Below, one piece after another: positions 1 through 9,295 of a stretch of DNA of 64,000 nt (positions are counted from its first letter, which is position 1; the number at the start of each line of letters is the position of its first letter). The position numbers and the translations under genes were made by a program. The stretch comes from an uncultured Candidatus Rokubacteria bacterium (GTDB lineage Bacteria; Methylomirabilota; Methylomirabilia; Rokubacteriales; CSP1-6): assembly GCA_963721815.1 (NCBI GenBank), contig CAVRLO010000024.1:422234-486233 (forward strand), given 5' to 3'. Below the pieces are notes generated by a model that made no database searches, was not told the DNA's origin, and worked only from the letters and a program-made list of their open reading frames with translations.

Positions 1-508
1 GACGTCGGCGCCGACACGGGTCGCGTCGCCGTGGCCGGTGATTCGGCCGGCGGCAATCTCTCGGCCGTCGTCTCGCAGCTCGCCGCATCCGGCGGCGTGC
101 CGGCTCCGACGTGTCAGGTGCTGATCTACCCGGCCGTCGACTTCTCGCTCGACACCGGCTCGCACAAGGACCTGGCCGACGGCCACGTGATCCCCCGCGA
201 CCGGATCCTCTGGTACATGGAGCAGTATCTGCGGAACGACGGCGGACAAGTCGGATCTCAGGGCGTCTCCGCTGCGCGCCGCCAGTCTGAAGGGCCAGCC
301 GCCGGCCATGATCGTCACCGCCGGCTTCGATCCGCTCCGCGACGAGGGCCGGGCCTACGGCGATCGGCTGCGCGAGGCCGGCGTCGACGTCGTCTACCGC
401 GAGTACCCCGGGCAGATCCACGCGTTCGTGTCCCTGACCAAGGCGATCCCGCAGGGCATGGCGTGCACGCTCGAGATCGCGGAGTTTCTGCGCCGGCGTC
501 TGGGCTGA
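1..508 (+). CDS. alpha/beta hydrolase, HSL-family esterase/lipase (5' partial; apparent frameshift near 255)
   Basis: GDSAGGNL nucleophile-elbow motif in frame 1; C-terminal 'SPLRA..LKGQPPAMIVTAGFDPLRDEG...HAF' continues in frame 2 (ORF 308..508). Confidence 0.6.
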
Positions 509-515
509 GCCGGCG

Positions 516-1202
516 ATGACCTTCTCGCTCATCGGCCGCTGTGAGCGCACCGGCATGTTCGGCATCGCGATCTCGACCAGCGAGATGGCGGTCGGCTCGC
601 GATGCATCCACGTGGCGCCGGGAGTCGGCGCGATCGTCACCCAGGCCAGCACCAATCCGCGACTCGGCCACCTCGGCCTGAATCTTCTGCGCGCCGGCCA
701 CTCGGCGCCGCGCGTGCTGGACGAGATCGCGGCGAGCGATCAGTTCGTCGAGCGCCGGCAGCTCGGCTGTCTCGACGTGACCGGCCTCGGCGCCGGCCGC
801 ACGGGCTCCGGGAACAAGCCGTGGGCCGGCCATCGCGTCGATCGCAACGTGGTCGTCACCGCCAACGCGGTCGTCGGCGAAAAGGTCGCCGACGCGATGT
901 TCGAGACGTTCCGGCTCGGCGCCGATCTCACCTTGTGGGAGCGGCTGCTGCGATCGCTCGAGGCCGGGAAGGCGGCGGGAGGCCAGCCCGACGGCGAAAC
1001 GTCCGGCGGGCTCTACGTGGTCGACCGCGAGCCGTACCCGATGGTCGATCTGCGCGTCGATCTGCATCCGTCACCGGTCGCCGAGCTCCGGCGACTGGCC
1101 GCCGCGTACTTTCCGCTGGTCAAGTACTACCAGCTGCGCCCGCGCGACCCGAACGTGCCTCCGGCGGCCGAATGGCTGGCCGCGCAGGGCCGCGGCGGCT
1201 AG
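516..1202 (+). CDS. DUF1028-family (Ntn-hydrolase-like) protein
   Basis: N-terminus 'MTFSLIGRC' typical of DUF1028; 228 aa intact ORF. Confidence 0.55.
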   Translation: MTFSLIGRCERTGMFGIAISTSEMAVGSRCIHVAPGVGAIVTQASTNPRLGHLGLNLLRAGHSAPRVLDEIAASDQFVERRQLGCLDVTGLGAGRTGSGNKPWAGHRVDRNVVVTANAVVGEKVADAMFETFRLGADLTLWERLLRSLEAGKAAGGQPDGETSGGLYVVDREPYPMVDLRVDLHPSPVAELRRLAAAYFPLVKYYQLRPRDPNVPPAAEWLAAQGRGG

Positions 1203-1217
1203 CGCTCGCCCGGCCGA

Positions 1218-1832
1218 TCACGCGAGCATCGCCAGAGCTTGCTGCAAGGTGCGGACGCGCGAGTACATCTTCATCGACTTGTCCAGGCTGTAGGCGTGGG
1301 CCGTGGCGTCGCCGCCCCAGCAGCACTCGCGTACGACGACGGTGTCGAGGTCCATGCTGAAGGCCTCGCGCACGCTCGTCTCGACGCCGCGATTGGTCGC
1401 GCCGCCGCCGATCACGATCGCGCCGCGGCGGAGCAGGCGCAAGAGCTCGGCCACCCCGGTGCCGTAGAACGCGCTCGGCCGGCGCTTGAGGAAGACGTAG
1501 TCCTCAGGTCGCGGCGCGATCTCGTCCGGGAAGCCCGCGTCGGGTGTGCCCTCGACACAATTCGTGAGCGACGGCACGCCCGTCTCGACGCTGAGGTCGG
1601 TCGGCAGCAGCACGACGTCGGCCCCGTCGGCGCGGCTGACCGGGGTGGTATAGATGATGGGCATCGCCCTTGCTCGGCAAGCCCCGATCAGGGCGATCCA
1701 GGCGTCGAGAACCGGCCGCATCGCCGCACGTCGGGCGGGATCGGCGGGCGTCAGGGCACGGCGGCAGGCGTCGTAGACGATCAGGGCGGCTCGCGAGGCG
1801 TCGACACGATCGGGTTTGGCTGTGGTATTCAT
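1218..1832 (-). CDS. isochorismatase-family cysteine hydrolase
   Basis: ORF 1218..1904; internal Met 'MNTTAKP' at 1832 is the likely start; 'VIGGGATNRGVETSVREA...RVRTLQQ' isochorismatase-like. Confidence 0.6.
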   Translation of the reverse strand: MNTTAKPDRVDASRAALIVYDACRRALTPADPARRAAMRPVLDAWIALIGACRARAMPIIYTTPVSRADGADVVLLPTDLSVETGVPSLTNCVEGTPDAGFPDEIAPRPEDYVFLKRRPSAFYGTGVAELLRLLRRGAIVIGGGATNRGVETSVREAFSMDLDTVVVRECCWGGDATAHAYSLDKSMKMYSRVRTLQQALAMLA

Positions 1833-1888
1833 GGGTCGAATTCTAATCCGGTCCGGGTTCACATCCCGGTCCGAGACGAGGTGATCCG

Positions 1889-2692
1889 ATGACAGAGTCC
1901 GCACGAGTGCACCTCATCGCCGGCGGCTTCCCTCCGGGATCGCTGGCCGGGCACGATCAGGACTACGCGCGCCTGCGCCTCCTCGGGCTCCTGGCGGAGC
2001 GCGAGATCCAGGCGTCCGTCGCCAACGACTTCAGCGATGTGGAGAAGTGGCTGGCGGTGAGCCGCTCGCTGATCACCTACGTGGCCGGCCCATACCCCGA
2101 CGCCGCCCAGTGCCGCGCCATCCAGCAGTGGCTCGAGGCCGGCGGACACTGGCTCGGCCTGCACGGCACGAGCGGCGGCCGCGCCGACCGCGTGGAGGGC
2201 GCGCGTCAGCGCCGGACGGTGAAGACCGAGCACCACGCGCTGCTCGGGAGCTATTTCCTGACCCACCCGCCGATCTGCAAGATCCGGGTCGACGTGACCG
2301 GCGGCGACTCGAGCCTGACGCGCGGGCTCGGCCCCTCGTTCGTCGTCGAGGACGAGCCCTACTTCATCGAGCTGCAGGATCCGAAGTCGACGCGGATCCT
2401 CCTGACCGCGGACTATGGCCCCACCGCGACGTCGCCGGCGATCGGCACCTTGTATCCATCGGACACCTCGCTGCAGCCGGACGGAAGGACCCGCGTGCTC
2501 GGCTACACGCGCACGGTCGGCCAGGGCGGCGTGGCCTACTTCGCACTCGGCCACTGCCATAACCCCGCGATCAGAGCGGCGCGCGCGGTCGATCCGACGG
2601 ACACGACGCCGCTCACGTTCCGTGGCTCGTGGGAGAGCGACGCGTTCATCACCTTGCTGCGCAACGCGATCACGTGGGGGGTGGGGGCGTAG
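1889..2692 (+). CDS. ThuA-like (trehalose utilisation / class-I glutamine amidotransferase-like) protein
   Basis: 267 aa ORF; 'HLIAGGFPPGS..HDQDYARLRLL' ThuA-type pattern. Confidence 0.5.
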   Translation: MTESARVHLIAGGFPPGSLAGHDQDYARLRLLGLLAEREIQASVANDFSDVEKWLAVSRSLITYVAGPYPDAAQCRAIQQWLEAGGHWLGLHGTSGGRADRVEGARQRRTVKTEHHALLGSYFLTHPPICKIRVDVTGGDSSLTRGLGPSFVVEDEPYFIELQDPKSTRILLTADYGPTATSPAIGTLYPSDTSLQPDGRTRVLGYTRTVGQGGVAYFALGHCHNPAIRAARAVDPTDTTPLTFRGSWESDAFITLLRNAITWGVGA

Positions 2693-2880
2693 TGCGCTTC
2701 GCTCCGCGGCGTCTGAATTCGGATACGTGTGTCGGATCTCGCGCTGCCAGCCGAGAATCTTCTTCTTTCGCGATTTGTGCTTGACAGCGCTCGGCGCGCG
2801 CGCTCGTTGACGCTCGCGCCTCGTTGTGAATCGCGCGCCTAAGCGCCCCAACGGCGCCGAGACGACAGCGATATCAGGTC

Positions 2881-3484
2881 GTGGTCCATGTGGACGCTCC
2901 GGTGCTGGCGGACCCGGAAGCTCCGGGGCAGTCGGCCCTCGAGGACGGGACGTGCGTTTCCGCGGAAACGTCTCAGAGGCTGGCATGCGAGGCGAGCCGG
3001 GTGGTAATGGCGCACGGGCCCGACGGCCGGGTGGTGGAGGTCGCCGCCCGGAGTCGCACTACTTCCTCGGCGTTACGGCGCGCGCTCCATCATCGAGATC
3101 ACGGGTGCCGGTTCCCGGGCTGCACCGTGCGCTTCGGGCAGGGCCATCACATTCGACACTGGGCTCAGGGCGGGCCCACCACGCTCTCGAATCTGGCCAT
3201 GCTCTGTCGCCGGCACCATCGGGCGGTTTCACGAGGAGGGCTATCAGGTCGAGCGACAGCCCGACGGCGCACTGCAGTTCCGCCGGCCGGACGGCGAGCT
3301 CTTGCCAGAGATCCCGCGCTCTCCTGCAATGCCCGCCGATCCGATGGCAACGATACGAAAGCGAAACGAAGCGGCAGGACTGATCGTGCACCCGCGCACC
3401 GCCATGCCGGGTTGGCGAGGCGAGCGCTTGGACGTCGGCTGGGCAATCGACGTGTTGTACCCTTTCGAGAATCCGGGCGCGTGA
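2881..3484 (+). pseudogene. HNH endonuclease (13E12-repeat type) C-terminal remnant; N-terminally truncated with a +1 frameshift near 3227
   Basis: 'CRFPGCTVRF..HHIRHWAQGGPTTLSNLAMLCRRHHRAV' in frame 1, then 'HEEGYQVERQPDGALQFRRPDGELLPEIP...RTAMPGWRGERLDVGWAIDVL' in frame 2; no DUF222 N-domain upstream; lower-GC flank 2693..2880. Confidence 0.6.
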
Positions 3485-3549
3485 AGATTGAGCACGATAG
3501 TTCCACGTCTGAAACTCGTGTGAGATCCTGACTGGGGAGGAGAGCGACG

Positions 3550-3795
3550 ATGGCTGAAGACGTGCACGCGGAGATGGAGCGGCTCAAGGCGGAGAATGCC
3601 GCGCTGAAGGCTCAGGCGACGCGCGGCGTTTCGCTGAAGGTCAGCGAGAAGGGCGGAGTCTCGGTCTATGGTCTCGGCCGGTTTCCGGTCACCCTCTACA
3701 AGGAGCAGTGGACGAAGCTGCTCGACCTGGCCGAGGACATCCGCGCCTTCATCAAGGCGAACGACGCGCAGCTGAAGGCCAAGGAGCCGCGCTAA
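3550..3795 (+). CDS. small conserved hypothetical protein (81 aa, coiled-coil N-terminus)
   Basis: strong SD 'GGGGAGGAG' 8 nt upstream of ATG; hairpin CCCGCC-N9-GGGCGG just after the stop. Confidence 0.45.
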   Translation: MAEDVHAEMERLKAENAALKAQATRGVSLKVSEKGGVSVYGLGRFPVTLYKEQWTKLLDLAEDIRAFIKANDAQLKAKEPR

Positions 3796-3856
3796 CCCGC
3801 CAACGACAACGGGCGGCGGAGCGCCCAGGCAGGATTTTGCTATTGTCGGCGACGCG

Positions 3857-5047
3857 ATGGGCGAGAGCGACGCGATCGTCGACGGGCACTGCGAGCCCGC
3901 GTTCAGGGCAGTGCGAGCCGCGCTAGGCGAGGTGCTCGCCTCCGGGTTCGAAGTGGGCGCGGCCCTGACGGTCTATGTCCACGGTCATGCCGCGGTCGAT
4001 CTGTGGGGCGGCCACGCCGACGCCGCGCGCACCCGACCATGGCAGCGCGACACCATCGTCAACCTCTACTCGGTCGGCAAGGCGATCAGCGCGGTCTGTG
4101 CGCTGCGCCTGGTCGACGCGGGCGTGCTCGATCTCGACGCGCCGGTGGCCAGCTACTGGCCCGAATTCGGCCAGGTGAACAAGGCGCGTATTCCCGTGCG
4201 CCATCTCTTGACCCATCAGGCGGGCTTGCCGGCCATCGCGCAGCCGCTGCCCTCGGGCGCGTGGCGCTCGTGGGACGTCATGACCGAGGCGCTGGCGGCG
4301 CAGGCGCCCTGGTGGGAGCCAGGTGCCGGCCACGGGTATCACGTCAACATGCAGGGATTCCTGATCGGCGAGCTCGTCCGACGCGTGACCGGTAAGAGCC
4401 TCGGCGCCTACCTGCGCGATAGCATCACGGGGCCCGCGGGCATCGACTTCTTCATCGGCTTCGGGCCCGAGCTCGACGCACGCTGCGCCGACGTGCTTCC
4501 AGCGAAGCCGAGCGCCGAGACGGCCGAGCTTCAGCGGCAGCTGAGCGTCGCTCCGGGCGGGCTGAGCGGGCTGCCTCTGATGCGCGTGAACGCCTACCGC
4601 AATCCGCCGGAGATTTCCGGGACCGGTGTCGTCAATACTCGACCGTGGCGTGCGGCCGAGGTGCCGTCGACGAATGGCCACGGCAACGCGCGGGCCGTCG
4701 CGCGCCTCTACTCGGCGCTGGCCGGCGACGGCGAGGTCGACGGAGTTCACGTGCTCTCGCCGGAAATCATCGCGCGCGCGAGCGCCGAGCACGTGTACGG
4801 CGACGACCTCGTGCTGCAGCGGCCGACGCGATTCGGCCTGGGCTTTCAGCTCACGATGGCCGAGCGCCGTCTCGGGCCGAGCCCGCGGGCCTTCGGACAT
4901 TTCGGCGCCGGCGGCTCGCTCGGATTCGCGGACCCCGATGCGCGCGTCGCCTTCGGCTACGCCATGAATCAAGGGCGGGGCGGATGGCAGCACAAGCACG
5001 TGCGCCACCTGATCGATCTCGTCTATGCGGCGCTCGGGCGACGGTAG
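3857..5047 (+). CDS. serine hydrolase (beta-lactamase/esterase family)
   Basis: 'SVGK' SxxK motif; 396 aa intact ORF. Confidence 0.75.
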   Translation: MGESDAIVDGHCEPAFRAVRAALGEVLASGFEVGAALTVYVHGHAAVDLWGGHADAARTRPWQRDTIVNLYSVGKAISAVCALRLVDAGVLDLDAPVASYWPEFGQVNKARIPVRHLLTHQAGLPAIAQPLPSGAWRSWDVMTEALAAQAPWWEPGAGHGYHVNMQGFLIGELVRRVTGKSLGAYLRDSITGPAGIDFFIGFGPELDARCADVLPAKPSAETAELQRQLSVAPGGLSGLPLMRVNAYRNPPEISGTGVVNTRPWRAAEVPSTNGHGNARAVARLYSALAGDGEVDGVHVLSPEIIARASAEHVYGDDLVLQRPTRFGLGFQLTMAERRLGPSPRAFGHFGAGGSLGFADPDARVAFGYAMNQGRGGWQHKHVRHLIDLVYAALGRR

Positions 5048-5120
5048 TTGTCATGCCCATCCGCCGGGTGCAGTATCAGGACGCCATGAGCGCCGTTAGA
5101 CGCGAACAGGAGACAGAGCG

Positions 5121-5684
5121 ATGAGCACCACCCCGACGTTTGGACGCTATGCCGAGATTCCCGTCGACCAGATGACCGCCGAGCAGAAGGAAGGCTACCG
5201 CTTCCTCGTCGACGGCCCGCGCGGCCGGCTCCCGGGCCCGTACAAGGTGTGGGTTCACAATCCCAAGCTGCTGCGCGCGGCCGCCCCACTCGGCGAGCAT
5301 TTCACGCCGGGCCATTCGTCGTTGACGGAGCGCGAGCGCGAGATCGCCGTGATCGTCATCACCAGCAAGTGGCACTCGGCCTACCCTGCCGCCGCTCACG
5401 AGAAACGAGGCAAGGAAGTCGGGCTGCCCGTTCCCGCCGTCGAGGCGATGATGGCCGGCCTTTCGGCCTCGTTCGCGGATCTGCGCGAGCAAGTTGTTTA
5501 CGAGCTGGCGACCACGCTCGCCGACGGCCGGCTGGTCTCCCAGGGGCTCTATGACCGCGCGGTCAAGGCGCTGGGCCACGAGAGCATCACCGACGTGGTC
5601 GTGCTGATGGGCTACTACACGGCCGTCTCGCTGACGATGAACGTCTACGCGGTGGCGGCCGGTACTCCCGGTCTGGCGCGCTGA
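5121..5684 (+). CDS. carboxymuconolactone decarboxylase (CMD/AhpD-like) family protein
   Basis: 187 aa; CMD-family pattern. Confidence 0.65.
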   Translation: MSTTPTFGRYAEIPVDQMTAEQKEGYRFLVDGPRGRLPGPYKVWVHNPKLLRAAAPLGEHFTPGHSSLTEREREIAVIVITSKWHSAYPAAAHEKRGKEVGLPVPAVEAMMAGLSASFADLREQVVYELATTLADGRLVSQGLYDRAVKALGHESITDVVVLMGYYTAVSLTMNVYAVAAGTPGLAR

Positions 5685-5697
5685 GGGAGGCAGCATC

Positions 5698-6519
5698 ATG
5701 GCGGCAGTCAAGATCACGGCGCTCCATCCGTCGCTCGGAGCCGAAGTCACCGGCGTCGACCTGAGCCACTCGATCGACGCGCCGACTCGCGAGGCGCTGT
5801 CGCACGCGCTGGCGGATCATCTGGCGCTCGTGTTCAGGGAACAGACCTTGACGCCGGCACAGTACCTCGCCGCCGCATCGGCGTTCGGCCCGCCGATGGA
5901 GCAGCACTACTCGCAGCACAACATGCCCGACTTTCCGCTGATCGGCCTGATCTGGCACCGGAACGGCCAGCAGCCCGCGGAGCAGTGGCACACCGACCAC
6001 ACCAACCGCGAGCGCCCGCCGGCCGCGACCATCCTGTACGGCGTGGAGATTCCATCCGCCGGCGGTGGCACGAGCGTGGCGAGCATGCGCGCGGCCTACG
6101 TCGCGCTTGCCGAGAGCGAACGGAGGCGCCTCGAGTCGCTGACGACGTTCAACAGCCTGGACCGCGATCGCGGCGACACGCGTCAGGACGATCTGGACAA
6201 GTACGGCAAGCCCATCGAGCACCCGATGGTGCGTACTCATCCCGTGCACGGCTCGCGGGCCGTGTACTTCCACATCACCAAGGCGACTCACATCGACGGA
6301 ATGACGCCCGAAGCAAGCCGGGCTTACATGGCCGACCTCCTCGACCGCATGATCCGGCCGGAGATCGTCTATCACCACGTGTGGCGCAAGGGCGACGTGC
6401 TGGTCATCGACGACCGCGCGACGATGCACCGGGCGCACGGGGATTACGATCGCCGCCAGAGCCGCATCCTCTGGCGGATCATCGTCGAGGGCGATCGGCC
6501 GCGGCTGGTGCTTGGTTAG
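5698..6519 (+). CDS. TauD/TfdA-family Fe(II)/2-oxoglutarate-dependent dioxygenase
   Basis: 'WHTDHTNRERPPAATILYGVEIPSAGGGTSVASM...RATMHRA' His/Asp facial triad pattern; SD GGGAGG. Confidence 0.8.
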   Translation: MAAVKITALHPSLGAEVTGVDLSHSIDAPTREALSHALADHLALVFREQTLTPAQYLAAASAFGPPMEQHYSQHNMPDFPLIGLIWHRNGQQPAEQWHTDHTNRERPPAATILYGVEIPSAGGGTSVASMRAAYVALAESERRRLESLTTFNSLDRDRGDTRQDDLDKYGKPIEHPMVRTHPVHGSRAVYFHITKATHIDGMTPEASRAYMADLLDRMIRPEIVYHHVWRKGDVLVIDDRATMHRAHGDYDRRQSRILWRIIVEGDRPRLVLG

Positions 6520-6545
6520 TCCGTTACGATCCGAAGAGGCGACAC

Positions 6546-6920
6546 ATGATCGAATACCGACTCGACACAGCGCATTCGATCTTGTACGTGCGGCTGAAGG
6601 CTGCGCTCGAGGAGAGCGACTTCGTGAAGCTGGCACGAGAGGTCGATCCGCACATCGAAGCCACGGGCGCGCTCGCGGGCCTCATCGTCGAGCTCTCCGG
6701 GTTTCCTGGCTGGGAAAGTCTTGGCGCGATGGCGGCGCACTTCCGCTTCGTTCGAGGTCACCACAAGCGCATCGGTAAGGTTGCCGTTGTCACGGACTCG
6801 GCGCTGGGCAACGTCGCAGAACATCTGGCATCGCACTTCGTGTCGGCGGCGATCAGGCATTTCTCGGCAGGAGAGCTCGCGGCCGCGCGACAGTGGATCA
6901 TGGGTTCAGCGCGGCCCTAG
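6546..6920 (+). CDS. STAS/SpoIIAA-like (DUF3478) protein
   Basis: 124 aa; 'GWESLGAMAAHFRFVRGHHKRIGKVAVVTD'. Confidence 0.5.
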   Translation: MIEYRLDTAHSILYVRLKAALEESDFVKLAREVDPHIEATGALAGLIVELSGFPGWESLGAMAAHFRFVRGHHKRIGKVAVVTDSALGNVAEHLASHFVSAAIRHFSAGELAAARQWIMGSARP

Positions 6921-7056
6921 GTCTCGCTCAGCGTCCGCCAGCAGATCGTCGAACGACGACGGCAGCTCGAGCGTGCGCCCCACGACGCCGGGGCTGTAGC
7001 CCTGGAGCCAGTAGCTGTTAGTCGGATGGCCGCCGCCCGCGACGACGATCACGAAG

Positions 7057-8619
7057 TTGTCAGGCGCTCGCGGTGATCGGCCACGGGTCGAGCGCGATGC
7101 TCTCGCGTACGACTTTGCTCGAGTCGATCTCCAGCCACGCCGGGCATCCGGAGCGCCGGAGATGCTCGGTCGGAATGCGCGAGTGCTCCCAGAGGAACTC
7201 GCGGATCGACGCTTTCGTCCAGCCCAGGCCGGCCATCGTGTTCGCCACGACGCCCGGGATCATCAGGATGCCCGGGGTGCCGTGCTCGTAGCCGGCGAGG
7301 CCCGGCATGTTGGGCACGCGCATGAAATCGGCCATGCGGTACATGCCCTGGAGCGCGTCCTCTTCGGGCGTCTCTTTCTTCGCTCCGCGGCGGCGGATGT
7401 TGGTGGCGCCGTTGGCGAACGTGAGCGAGATCGAATTCTTCCCCGGCGCGAAGGCGTGCCGCTCGGTGGCGTGCGGCGCCCAGCCCGGCGGCAGGTTCGC
7501 CTCGTCCTCGGCGAAGACGACGTTCGTGTAACGCACGCCGCCGTAGTTGGCCATCGTGCCGATGCCGGGCAGGGCGCCCCCGGCGTTCTGCTGCAGGAGA
7601 CGCAGCGCGCGGCCTATGCTGGCCCCGGCCGGTCGCTGCGGGTCAGGACCGAGGCAGCCGAAGCCGGCGTTGAGCCGGATCTGGGCGCCGATGGCTCCGT
7701 TGACGATCACCACGGGGAAGGCACTGCCTGACGCGGCCTGAAGCTGCGCGCTGCCGGACTCGGGATCGAGGAACGCATCGACCGCGCCGACGAGCACCGG
7801 CAGGTACTCGGGCCGCCCTCCGGCCATCGCGAGCGCGATCGCGCACGTCTCGATCGTCGTCACGCCGCCGCGGGGCGGAAAGATGCCGACCCGATGGCGC
7901 CGAGGGAGGGTGGCCCCGCGCAGGATCCAGTCCACTCGCTCGCGCGTCGGGGGCCAGAGCGGGAGACCGTCGCCCCAGCGATTCGCGAGCATCAGATGAT
8001 TCGCGCGGGCGAACGTGTCCTCCATGCTCGCGCCCTCGACCTTGATCATCGGCGCTTCGGCCGCGCCGTCGCCGCCGAAGGCCGAGCGCCATCGCGTCAG
8101 CCCGTCGTAGAACTCGCGCTTACGCGCTTCCACGGGGGAGATGTCGCTGCCCGGGAGGAACATCTCGATGGGGAATGTGACCATCGCCGCGTCGGGTGCC
8201 AGCCCGAGCCCGGCGACGGCGTTCGTCATGACGCCGACGAAGTCTGCACGGGTCAGGGTGACAGTCGGAATCCCGTGTGCTTCGAGCCTAGCGGCCGCCC
8301 GGCCGCATGCAGTGGCGCAGGACCCTCAGGCGGCGTTGCCGATGATGACGGCGTCGACCCCGCTGTGCTTGACCTGGGCCGCGGTCTCCTCCGAGCCGAT
8401 CAGCGCGTTGCCCTGAGGAAACGCGTCGAGCGGCAGCACCTCGATCCCCGGGAAGTCGGCCTCGAGCAGCTTTTTCAGGAGCGGCAGCATCCGGAAGGCC
8501 TGCCACTGGTCGTTGCTGACGAAGCCGACGCGCTTGCCGTCGAGGGCGGCGACGCGCGGCGCGAACGGTTGCTTCACCTCGATCGCGCCTGACGGATCGT
8601 GGAACTCGAGCGTGACCAT
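7057..8619 (-). CDS. UGSC-family selenoprotein: GrdB-C-terminal-like domain fused in frame to a ~390 aa uncharacterised domain; UGA (Sec) at 8326..8328
   Basis: ORFs 8326..8619 and 7060..8229 are in the same frame, separated only by TGA in the context 'GVDAVIIGNAA-U-GSCATACGRAAARLEAHGIPTVTLT'; the context parallels GrdB-like 'GVDAVILTST-U-GTSTRCGAAITRELERAGLPTV'; AGGAGG RBS before ATG 8619. Confidence 0.65.
8326..8328 (-). other. in-frame UGA, predicted selenocysteine codon (UGSC motif)
   Basis: followed by GCGGCC-GGGC-GGCCGC hairpin (SECIS-like). Confidence 0.6.
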
Positions 8620-8711
8620 CGCGTGCCTCCTGCACGAGTCATGCGTGCGTGTCGATTATATCCATCCGGCGACATTGACGCGTCGTGCATTGCGCCGATA
8701 CGATTGCCGTG

Positions 8712-9290
8712 ATGGTCGACTACGAGATCAGGACGCGCCGCTTCACCCGGGTGGAGTACGAGAGGCTCATCGACCTGGGCGTGTTCCAGCCGGGCGAGGC
8801 CATCGAGCTCATCGGCGGCGAGCTCATGGTCGCGGAGCCGCAAGGCGCTCCACACTACACGGCGATCCGTAAGACTGCGAAGGCGCTCGAGGCTGCGTTC
8901 GGGCCGGGGTGGGAAGTCCGGACGCAGGGTCCCATCGGGCTCGACGATGAATCGGAGCCCGAGCCCGACGTCGCCGTCGTCCCCGGAGCGCCGGACGACT
9001 ATGTTCGCGTGCATCCCGCGCGTCCGGTGCTCACGGTAGAAGTGGCCGAGACGAGCCTCGTCCTTGATCGGCAGCGCAAGGGCAGTCTCTACGCCCGGGC
9101 CGGCCTCCCGGACTACTGGGTGCTCAACCTGGTCGACCGCGTCCTCGAGGTGTACCGAGGGCCGGTCGTCGATTCCGCGGCGCCCTTCGGCTGGCGTTAC
9201 GGTCGCGCCGATGTGCTCGATGCCTCCGCTGAGGTTGCGCCTCTGATCGCGCCGGAAACGCGCATCCCGGTCTCCCGGCTTCTGCCCTGA
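8712..9290 (+). CDS. Uma2-family (DUF820) putative endonuclease
   Basis: 'EPEPDVAVVPG...PDYWVLNLVDRVLEVYR' Uma2 pattern; tandem paralog of the next gene. Confidence 0.6.
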   Translation: MVDYEIRTRRFTRVEYERLIDLGVFQPGEAIELIGGELMVAEPQGAPHYTAIRKTAKALEAAFGPGWEVRTQGPIGLDDESEPEPDVAVVPGAPDDYVRVHPARPVLTVEVAETSLVLDRQRKGSLYARAGLPDYWVLNLVDRVLEVYRGPVVDSAAPFGWRYGRADVLDASAEVAPLIAPETRIPVSRLLP

Positions 9291-9295
9291 CTCCC

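Noticed and set aside
315-1360. Long Arg/Pro/Gly-rich ORFs (315..1067 minus, 602..1360 plus) overlapping the esterase and DUF1028 genes
   Set aside because: Alternative-frame and antisense open frames are expected in 70% GC DNA. Low-complexity RRRP composition, no start context and no recognisable family.
8326-8328. Treating the TGA codons at 8326, 20152, 24205 and 42685 as ordinary stops separating small genes
   Set aside because: Each sits at the known Sec position of its family (GrdA CxxU; GrdB xxT-U-GTx; UGSC). Homology continues in frame with no intervening RBS or start, and hairpins follow. Selenocysteine read-through is the better explanation.
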